A stretch of DNA of 64,000 nucleotides, taken from the human T2T-CHM13v2.0 reference genome, Homo sapiens. How positions within the stretch are numbered: the stretch's first letter is position 1; each line of letters opens with the position of its first letter. Of this stretch, positions 53,680 through 64,000 are shown one piece after another. The position numbers were made by a program, and so were the translations under genes. The notes under the pieces are model-generated. The model was given only the letters and a program-made list of their open reading frames with translations, had not been told where the DNA came from and did no database searches. The stretch is from the NCBI RefSeq assembly GCF_009914755.1, contig NC_060934.1. One strand, 5' to 3'.

Positions 53680-55956
53680 TTATGAGTTCATACTAATACA
53701 TTAGATTCCAATTCAATATCAGAGGGTTCATTTGAAAGACTTTTAAAGACAGGAGTGTCCAAAGTTAAATGTCTGGTTTATGTGAAAGTACTCTTTCCAT
53801 CACTATAGCCTTTTAATTGTGACCAACATACACACAAATGGCTTGTGTGTATGTCAAGGAAAAGGGGTCCCTGTCCATGGCTAGAGCAATATAATGCAGA
53901 ATAAGAATATGAGATTGTGAGATGACTTATAAATTACACTAGCTGAGCAAAGCAAAAGGTCTGAACCAAATGTAAATAGGAAAATTTAAGGTCCCCATAA
54001 GTGACAGATGGCATATGCTATGCCATTTCTACTTTCTGTACCAATGGCAGATATCAACACATGACCACTACACACTGACTAAGCAAAAACATGGCTTCAA
54101 ATTTTCAGACATGCATTTCAGGCAGCCACTACTAAGCAACTGGAATTCACACTGTAGATGACTCCTATCCCTAGGTTAAACAAATGAACAGCTAATGTAA
54201 ACCATATTAGTTGGGAGAGGAGGGAGAACATTATCCATTGTTAGATTTTGCACAAGTTACAGAAAAAGCCTGACATAACATGGTCAATGATGTTCAAAAA
54301 TTCAACGACATGAGGCCAGTTCCTAGATTTTGGCTCATGATATAAGGTTTCGTATCATCTGGTGGCCGGTTCTTCATTTTAGTTTAGGTATCGGTGGGAC
54401 AGACTGTTAATCATGTGTGTAGCTGAGATTTCCAGGTCAGCATAGTGATTCCAGGCATCTTCCAATTGAATGGGACTTGTTTCTATGACTGATCCTAAGA
54501 TAATGGAATGGATAATATTGTGGACGCAGGACCTACCCTCCACATTCCTACTTAACAAGATGAAGTTGCTGTTCCATCCTGTCTGGGATTCTCTCTACCT
54601 TCCATGTCAAGCCTCTCCTGTGCAAATTTAGCTCACCCCAATTGAAGAAATATGTTGAGTAGAGAATGGGAGCCAATCACCAGTCAGGTTGTATATGAGT
54701 TTACATGATGGTGAAGGTTTCTTATACCTGGTAAGAGTAGCTAGCAGAAAGCTGCAGCATGAGCTAATGGGAAATAAGAGGGGCAACTATGATGGAAAAA
54801 TGGTGAGAACAATAAAGAAGGTAGGTACTCTGGCAGAGGGACTGCAGAATAATGCTTACCCTTGGGCCTGTGAGTAGAAAGTCCCAGAAGAAAAGAGGAT
54901 AAGCTGAATGCAGTGTAGAAAATCTGGCTTTGTCAAATCAAATAGAATTCATACGGAAAAATTCTCACAATATAGTGTTCACTAAAAGTAATGTGGCCAA
55001 AAATCCTGTGAATATAGTTTGGTCCCTAAGTGTGTGAGTGTGCGTTTCCTTTAAATGTGTTATATGCCTACTATGGTAAGATAGCAAGGACAGGGTGGAG
55101 AACAGGAATGAATGGACATGGTTTCTGCCCCCATAAGGCTTAAACTTTAATGCAATAGATAGCTTTGAAAGTAAATGTTAAGAGTGATTGTATCACTGGT
55201 TGTCACATTAGAGATGAGTTTATTTTCTTCTTTATAAATTGTATTTTCCATGTTTTCTACAAGAACGATGTATGCCTTTTATAATGAGAGAAAAGCAACA
55301 CATCTTATATTTTAAATGAACAAACATTACAAAAAAAACAAAACAAAGAAGACAAGGCCACAGGAATCAATTCACATTCATCAGGCTAATAACAGCTTTC
55401 TTTACAAAACAGAATACCAATTTTATGTATTCAGCTATGTTCAAGGTCTTATAATAGTAGCTGAAATTATATGAAGAGGGTTAAAAATCAATCTTTGCTC
55501 ACAAGGGAGATTAAATTATTGTTTGTGTGGTGCTTATGGCACACGGAGCTGAGGGGATAGTTAGCAGCAGATAAAAATATTATATTTCTTTGATTAATAA
55601 GGGCTAACTAGATGTGTTCATATTTTATGAACATGCAATTTAATTTGATGTAGCATAACATTTTCTATCCTCTGATTTGCAAAATGTTTCCATTCTTGGA
55701 TGAAGATTTAGGAGATACTCTAATACACTTTATCAGCAGCACATTGCCAAAGCATCTCCTAGAGTAATAAAACTTGAAGAATGCATATCATTACCTATGC
55801 TATTGCTAACTTCAATGTCAGAAAAAGCTTGTCTTACATTTTTAAAGTAGAGTAACGCAATATTAATAATAGCAACTACACTTAATGGGCATTTACTTTG
55901 TGTGAGACATTTTACATTGATCATTTCACTGGATCATTCACAACAAAAAAGAATCA

Positions 55957-58443
55957 CAGGTCTATAATCTCTTAAAAACTCTGGGGACCAAATGTGTTTT
56001 GGAAATGAGAATTTTTTGGAATTCAGGATGAAATTGGAATCCTTTGGAATATACTACATAAATTGCATACATTTTGTAACATTCCAAATGGGTACAGGAC
56101 AGTACTATGTAATGAAACACATTAATCTTACTATTTCTGCGAATAAATGTGTGAAAATTCACACTAAGTGAAACAAAACCATAAATAATATTACAATTTA
56201 TTTACAAAAATATATTAGTAAATTCATTGGTAAATAACATTTTTAAATAAATACGTTTATTGGTAAATGAAATATGAAGATAAATATAGACCACACATAC
56301 CATAAGCTTTTAATGTGTTTTGTCACTTGTGAAAAAGCTTCTTATTTCTAAGGAAATTTTAAGTAAAATTTAAAACTTATACTGATGAAAACTAACCCAT
56401 AACACATATACATGCAATGAATGTTTGTTACCTTTGATTGCCTGAGAATCTTGGAGAAGAGGTTGTTCCAGTATTACCACTGCCTATGAAACCAGGTTGG
56501 AGCTGGACATCTGATGAGCCAGAAACAGGATTGTCAAGAGATGAAGCGGCATTACCACAGAGAGCTTTATTAAAGACTTTTCCCAGTTTCACCTGCTTCC
56601 TTAACACAGGTTTCTGTCTAAGCAGTTTCTCTTTAATTGAGTAAATTGTCATCAGCTCTTGCTCACTGATAAATGTACATCGTTCAAGGCCAGCAATTAA
56701 TCGGTCACACATTTTCACCATATGATCTATGGAGATTTTTTTCACCCAAATTCATAATGTCATCATCATTACTACTACCATCTTCATATTGATCTGCATT
56801 TAACACCATCTCAGCAATTTCCCCATCACTCTTAGGATGCACAATGGGTTCATCATTATCAATGTTAACCCTTTCTTCAATGTTAGCTTCTTCTAACTTA
56901 TTTACACTTTTGGCTGATAAACTTTTGGCATAGGTAATGAATTATGCTACCATTGTTTTCTAATTAGAGTCATGAACTCTTTCAAAATCTTCATCAGCTA
57001 GGTCACTTTCAAACATAATTGTAGCCCAAAGTCTATGCCAAGCATTTGTTAATGTTGACTTATCAACGTCGTTCCAAGCATTAGCAACTGTGAAGATGGC
57101 ATCCTTAAGATTAAATTCTTTAAGGATGTCCTGGATTTTCAGGCCTCTGTTAACTGAAGCAAGGATGCTTTTCAAAAAACTGTTTATACTTGCTCTTCAC
57201 GGCGTGTAGAATTCCTTGGTCACAAGGTTGTATTACAGACGTCACACTGGGGGGAAAGTCAATGCCAAAAGCATTGCTCTTCGCAAGATGTTCAGGAGGG
57301 GGTTGTGCAGAACAGTTATCTAGAAACAACAAAATTTTGCAATTGTCTTCCAGTCCAGTTTGCAATGAGCTCATGCTGCTGGCACAAAGTGCCTATCAAA
57401 CCAGTTGGAAAAGATTTCCCGTTACTGATGCTTTCTTGTGTGCATAACAATGTACAGGTAAATTATGCACACCTTTTAAACACCTTGGATATAGGCTATT
57501 TCCAATCACTGCCAATTTTATCTTGTGTGTGCCTGCAGCATTAGCACACTCAAGAACAGTTAACTTTTGCTTAGTATCTTTGACATCTGTTGTTGCTCTT
57601 TTGTTAGCCATTGTTAAAGTTTTTCTAGGAACATAGCACCAGTACAAAGCTGTTTCATCAGCACTGTAAATTTGTTCAGGGCTAAGATTTTCATCAGATA
57701 TTACCTTAGCAAATTCATCAATGTAATTTTCAGTAGCTTCATCATCAGGAGAAGCCTTTTCACAACAGATTTGAAGATACTTGATTCCAAGACACTTTTT
57801 AAATTTCTGCAGCCAGCCTCCTGAATATTCACACTCTCCTTCAAAGTTCAGTTCTTCATGGTATATTCTAGCTTGTTTCACGACCAACAAACCAGTCAGT
57901 GGTGTATCTTTACTTCTTTGTTGTCGAACCCATTCAATCAACACAGGGTCAAGGTCTTCATTTTTGGCTCTATGCAATGTTTTTCTATTTTTCATTCATT
58001 CCTGGTTATTGCTGTCACTATAAAATTTCAACAACTTGTCTGTTTCTTTAAGTCATATATCGTGGTGGTTCCCATACCATATTCTTCAGTAAGACACCTC
58101 ACAGACATACCACCATCAAGTTTCTGCAATAACTCCACTTTCTGAGATATTGATAAAGACAGATGCTTCCTTTTCTTCTTCTCACTGTTACCCATAGGTA
58201 TATCTTTAGCCCTTTTCGACATTTTCCATGGAATTAATCCCCAAGTCAGAAAATATCAGCAAATAGCAGAGGCATGTGTGACTTACGGATACAAGTGCTG
58301 AGACAATAGAGGCTTCATATTTGTTCACAGTAGGTTTTCTTTGGCATATAATCCTGGTGCCAAACTTACAAAAACACTTTGGGTTTCACAGTGTTTTGTT
58401 TTTTGTCCTGTTTTGGAATTGCAGAGTAAAGACTATAGACCTG
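55957..58443 (-). mobile_element. Full-length pogo/Tigger DNA transposon fossil with both TIRs
   Basis: Left end CAGGTCTATAATCT; right end reverse complement CAGGTCTATAGTCT (13/14 match). Encloses a transposase and interrupts a MIR. Confidence 0.85.
56428..58222 (-). pseudogene. Disrupted Tigger/Jerky-like (CENP-B HTH + DDE_1) transposase; probably the locus annotated as TIGD2-like pseudogene FLJ37201
   Basis: Collinear ORF fragments 58222-58028, 57995-57396, 57374-57150, 57175-56960 and 56745-56428. Motifs: KRKHLSLSISQKVELL (HTH), YSGGWLQKFKK, QIYSADETALYW, LLFLDNCSAQP, TSVIQPCDQGI. Multiple frameshifts and stops. Confidence 0.9.
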
Positions 58444-59309
58444 CATTAAAAATATCATTTTAATGAAGAAAAGGCTGAGGCTCAGTCAGTATCTTGCTCA
58501 AGGTTATGCAGCTATTACTTGTCTTTTCTGCTTATATTTAGTCTCCTAACATTTGGTCACTTTAATAGACAGAAAAATGTTTGTTTTTTCTGGTATTGTC
58601 TGCCAAGATGATTTGAGCTGGAATATTTTTAGCACAGGAACCTGATACTCTTATTTGATTGACACAGTCGGTAGTTGAGCTCCAATGCTGAATAACATGG
58701 AGATGCTGTGGCAAGAGGTTAGAGTTCCTAAATTTATAGTTATTGAATACAGATTTTTCTTTTTGTACCAAATGATCTGTTTGGTACTTACTGCCTGTTA
58801 CTTACTGCTTCACAATGAGCAATCAGGAAAAATGAAAGAGCTCACTGCAAATGTCCCAAACACTCCCACAAGTTTTCCCTAAATATCCACTCATTTAAAA
58901 GGCTTTTTTGTTTGCTTGTTTCTAAACTGTTCTGAAAATTGTACATCCCAACTGTGACTCAGAATTGTTAATCAAGTTCAGAATTAAAACACATTTTAGA
59001 CATTCTAATAAAATGTTTCTTTTAATTTAGAATTTAGAAAGAATTCATTAGCATTTTTCATGACTTTTAAGCTTCTGTGGTTTGAGCCTTATTTCATGTA
59101 CTCTTTTATAAGTTCCTATTGGAAGGCCAGCTTTTCTTCCTCATTCTCATCTTCCCCAGATTTGTTTAGATCTTCCTCAAATGTCTAATATGAACTGCTA
59201 CAAATGCCTGAAGTTTACTGATTCACTCCTAAGTCTTTCTTTCTTTTTCTATTGGCTTTAAGAGCAGACTTTTGGCTGGACTGTTATAAAAATGAGTAAA
59301 GCACAGTTC

Positions 59310-60217
59310 TGTAAGACAAAATTCTAACCCCCCCAACTGACTGAATGGACCCCTCTCTTGGCCAAGGGCATTCCAAAGTAAACCTGAAAAACTAGTTCGG
59401 GCCATGATGGGAAGGGCGGTGGTTGGGCATATCTCATTGTACCCTCCTCCCTTTGGAATTCAGGCACAAGTGATCAGCGTTAACAATAAAACAGAGATCT
59501 TAAGACTGGCAAAACAGACACTTCATAGCAATAAGATACCAAACTCTAACCTGACTCCTGCACAGCATCACATGACAGCAGGCCCTGAAAGAAACTGAAG
59601 TATTTTACCCCAAAATATATTTCTTTGACATATTTTGAAATGGCTCTGCAAAGCTGTCTCCTGTGGGGAAAAGGATTCTATAGATAATCCTTTTCCTTTT
59701 CCAGATCTTTTCCTGATCCAGGAGAGACTAACTAAAGGTCTTACATAATACCTTTTCAGGTCTGATAAGAGACATTTGCCATCTATTCTCTCTGAAGCCT
59801 GCTACTTGGAGGCTTCATCTGCATAATAAGAACCTTGGTCTCCACAACCCCTTATTTTAACACAGACATTCCTTTCCATTGATTCCAGGTCTTTAGATAA
59901 TAACTTATCTCTTTCAACCTATTGCCAATTAGAAACCCTTTGAATCCACCTATGACCTGGAAGTCTCCCTGCACTGCCCACCCCCAATTCGAGTTGTTCT
60001 GCCTTTTCAGACTGAACTAATGGACACCTTACATGTATTGATGTCTGCCTGTAACTTCTGCCCCTCAAAAATGTGTAAAATCAAGTTGTAACCCAACCAC
60101 CTTGTGCACATGTTCTCAGGACCTCTTGAGACTGTGCCTCAGGCCTTGTTCACTCATATTTAGCTCATAATAAATCCCCTCAAATATTTTCCAGAATTTG
60201 ACTCTTTTTCATTAACA
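59310..60217 (+). mobile_element. Solo LTR, MER4 family (ERV1)
   Basis: TGTAAG...AAAATTCTAACCCCCCCAACTGACTGAATGGACCC start; AATAAA near the end; ends AACA. Confidence 0.8.
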
Positions 60218-60255
60218 GCTAGTATAATTCAGAAGTGTTTCAATTCTAGTAAATA

Positions 60256-60382
60256 ATTGGGTATTACGTGGAATACCTGGGTGACAAAATTATCTGTACA
60301 ACACCTGTGACACGCAATTTACTCATGTAAGAAATCTGCACATTTACCCCTTGAGCCTAAAATACAAGTTGGAAAGAAAAAA
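60256..60382 (+). mobile_element. Very short 5'-truncated primate L1 (3'UTR end)
   Basis: TACCTGGGTGACAAAATTATCTGTACA...A-tail; 14-bp TSD AATTCTAGTAAATA (60242-60255, 60383-60396). Confidence 0.85.
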
Positions 60383-60464
60383 AATTCTAGTAAATATGAG
60401 AAATGTATAATATTGAGAATACATTATATATTATCATATTATATATTTTATATATAATAATATA

Positions 60465-60850
60465 TATAATTTTACTCTATAAACTTTTATATTTCTTTTA
60501 CTTTTAACTTTTTGACTCTGTAATAACACTTAGTTTAAAATACAAACACACTGTACAGCTGGGTAAAATATTTTCCTCCCTTATATCCTTATTCTATGAA
60601 CTTTTTTTTATTTAAAAAAAATTTTTTTTTTTTAAACTTTTTTGTTAAAAACTAAGATGTACACACATTGGCCTAGGCCTACACAGGGTTAGGATCATCA
60701 ATATCACCATCTTCCACATTCACATTTTGTTCTACTGGAATGTTTTCAGGGGTAATAACACACTTGAAACTATCTTCTCCTATGATAACAATGCCTTCTT
60801 CTGGAATAACTCCTAAAGGACCTGTTTAAGGCTGTTTTACAGCTAACCTT
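60465..60850 (+). mobile_element. Tigger3 (Golem) internal fragment
   Basis: Homologous to ~1680-1960 (TTTTTGACTCT..TAATAACACTT, CATCAATATCAC..TCTTCCAC). Confidence 0.8.
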
Positions 60851-61040
60851 TTTTTTTTTTTTTCCAACTGCCTTTTTCCTGAGGCTAAAGCTAGTCAAGT
60901 TGACTCTGAAGAAAAATCACCACGACAGCTTACATTTGGAAAAACTTTGTACATGCAAACTACAAACAAGAAAAATATGTCAGATTCCTTCACTAAGGAG
61001 GTAATGGGATCTCATAGCCTAATACACAGTAAATGATTAA

Positions 61041-61395
<355 letters not shown>

Positions 61396-63429
61396 TAAAA
61401 AATGTTTATTACAAATTCAAAAAGATCTTATAATAAAAAAACTCACCCTTTCACATCTCCAGGCCTGCTTTCCAGGGGCAACTATTCTTATAATTTGTTT
61501 TTAGTATTTTTGGCAATTACTATACCAAATACTATAAATACTATATCTTTAAATGATATGCTCCTCCTAATATTATTTCTTCATGTATCAATTATAGATA
61601 TCTATTTACTTCCTACAAAGACAGACAATCACTTAGCTCTAGTTACATATATTTTTTCCTGTACTGGTTACCTTTGCACACTGAAATAATATGCTTAAAC
61701 TTCTACATCCTGTTGTCTCATTTCTTGATTTGCACTTTGTTAAGATTTTGGTATTATAGACATAAGACTCAATCCTTTTCTTTCTTCTCTTCCTACACTC
61801 TTCCTTCCATACCTCTGCTGAGCAAAACCTAGGCCTTACAGAATATAATTCTAGCTCTTCTTTAGCATGTCATATAGGGCCCTTTATGATCTAGCCTTTG
61901 CCTACTTTTCTTATCTCCTGCCATTATCCACTTCAGCTAATGTTCACAGTCATGTAGTAGGTATTTAGTTTTTGGAATCTTTTGTGAACTCTTGTTCTTT
62001 TTATCATTGTCTCACAGCCTTCCATGGCCTGGAATGGCCTCCTCCCGTAATTCACTGGCAAATCCCAATCATTTTCTTCAGCCTACATGCTACATTACGA
62101 AATCTTCCCTAGTAGACATCCCTTATTACATCAAAAAGTATTTATTGAGTACTTGTTTTTGTGCAAGGTACGGTTTTAGATGTTGGGGCTATAGAGGACC
62201 AAGATAGTAACGAGTTTGCATTCTAATGACTTAATAAACAGATTTAATAAATATTCCTACCACTATGAAACCTACTATGTACCAGGATTATACTAAATAA
62301 CTTACATATGCTATTTTAATCCTTACAACAATTTTATGAGCCCTATAAGTGGCTGGGCTTATACTCAATCTCAAGTCTGACTTCACAGCCATTACTTTTA
62401 AGCTATGCTCACTCTGCTCCCATTATTCCTTGTTCATTTCTATTACAACATTTGTCATGTTTTGAAATACTTTGCATATGGATTTCCCCATATGAACCAC
62501 AGGAGATAAAAAAATTATTTTCAGGATGGTGTAGAACCAGTGCCATTCTAGATGTATATGAAAGAAGTTAATACATTATATACAATGGGTGCCTAAAGGC
62601 ATTAGGGATTAATTGTCTCTTGAAATCCCAGGTTGAGAAGGGCTACTTTAGATGAAGGCCTCTTAAGAGCCTCTCAAGGGTAGAGACATCTGTCACTTAG
62701 TGGGTGGCTGATAAATTTTTGTTGAACTTGTTATTTAAACCTTTGCAATTAATACATACTCAAAAGTATTATTTTGGGGTTGAAAAGTCAGCTGCTTCAG
62801 TCTTGCTTCTAGAGATGGCTTTGCAGGTGGAGTTAAGCACTTAGTATTTTCTTAAGAGAATTCCAGGGGTGTTGGATCCAAACTTTGAGAGGCCAAAGAA
62901 TGCACAGACTCTGAAGCCGGATCACCCAGATTCAAATTCCAGCCTCTCTGTTTGTTATATAAATTGAAGCAAGTTATTATTTAACATATGCCAGATACTT
63001 TTATAAATACTTTACACTACTACCTGATTTAATCTTCAACACTTCTATTTAGTAGATACCTTTACTATTTCCTTACTAGCTCCATGCCTCAGTTTCCTCT
63101 TCTATTAATTGGCTGTAACAACAACAAATTGCCTTACAGAGTTACTGTTAGGATTAAATGAGTATAAAGTGCTAAGAATACTACCTGGCATAAAGAAAGT
63201 TAGCTATTACTAACAGTAGAGACTGTGGCCAGGGCAAAAAATCAGCTTGATGTAACTTACCAAATTTTTCATTTTATGTTAATATTCATTTCAAGGGCAC
63301 AGATGGAATTCTTTGGAATGGGTACTAAATCTTAAGCACTTCCCAATCAAGCTGGCTCTGCATCTCCCTAAGGGGAAAACCCAGCAGCTGGTGCTGAAAT
63401 GAAAAACGTCGGAAAAAGTACCTTTAAAA

Positions 63430-64000
63430 TCTGGATACTTTTCTGCAACTCCTCTGCCATCTTCCAAGTCCACATTATCATTATCTTTTCCTGGGATCTC
63501 TTGCAACAGCCTCCTAACTGGTTCAACAGCATCCTCCCTGGCTGCCTCTAGTTTCTCCAGGAGATTAACCTTTTCAAAAGATAGATGCACATTGGATTGC
63601 ACCATGCCCATGCTTAAAACTGGTTATCCAGTAAGCATTTCGTAATACTCAAGTCAGTAACTTGGCTAAGGCTTACAGGGTCTGGCCTTGGCCCATGCCT
63701 ACAGATTCACTCCCCTGACTCCTCCCCATGGTCTCTACCCAGCCACATCAGCTTTCATTCATTGTTCAACAAATATTGATTTGCTTGTCTTGTGTTAGAG
63801 AGTCATTGAGGATACATTAGCGACCAAACAAAACACAGTTATTCTACTCACAGAACTTAGATTTTACAGGGTGGGGGAACAACAACAATTGCTAGTTGTA
63901 AAAAGTATAAAAATGAAATTGAACCTGCAAATAAAAAAAGAGTGCTCACTTGAGATACAGTAGCCAGGAAAGTCTTCTTTAAGAAGGTACTATTTTAGAC
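63430..64000. mobile_element. L2 LINE fragments
   Basis: TTGCAACAGCCTCCTAACTGG; TTCATTCATTGTTCAACAAATATT. Confidence 0.6.

Larger units (their letters stand above)
51345..53730 (-). mobile_element. L1MC-type 3' region interrupted by two AluJ and an LTR
   Basis: CCCTAAATGTTAGCATGTTACATAACCACAGTAC, GAAGAGTACTGATCAGTTATTTTG, GTTCAAATTGTTCCAGCTTTGG. Confidence 0.7.

Overview
This is primate genomic DNA, almost certainly human. It is AT-rich, dense in interspersed repeats, and has one CpG island. I recognise the 5' end of PANK1 (pantothenate kinase 1) on the minus strand. It has two alternative first coding exons: the long GC-rich exon 1-alpha (CDS 9194->8492) and the short exon 1-beta (MKLINGKKQ, 7616->7589). 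Both end in phase-1 GTAAGT donors, and the shared exon 2 lies left of this window. The remaining ~55 kb upstream is mostly repeat fossil: Alu, MIR, L1, L2, MaLR/ERV LTRs, and Tigger and hAT DNA elements, several of them nested. The most notable non-genic object is a ~2.5 kb pogo/Tigger element at 55957-58443. It keeps both terminal inverted repeats and a disrupted full-length DD32D transposase, and it splits a MIR. From memory this locus is annotated as the TIGD2-like pseudogene FLJ37201, but its structure is that of a complete autonomous transposon. Nearly all short ORFs in the supplied track are repeat or GC-content artefacts. I found no demonstrably new biological system. The best leads are the complete Tigger fossil and several translation/splicing signals around the PANK1 first exons. 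Repeat subfamily names come from recalled consensus sequences, not from a RepeatMasker run.
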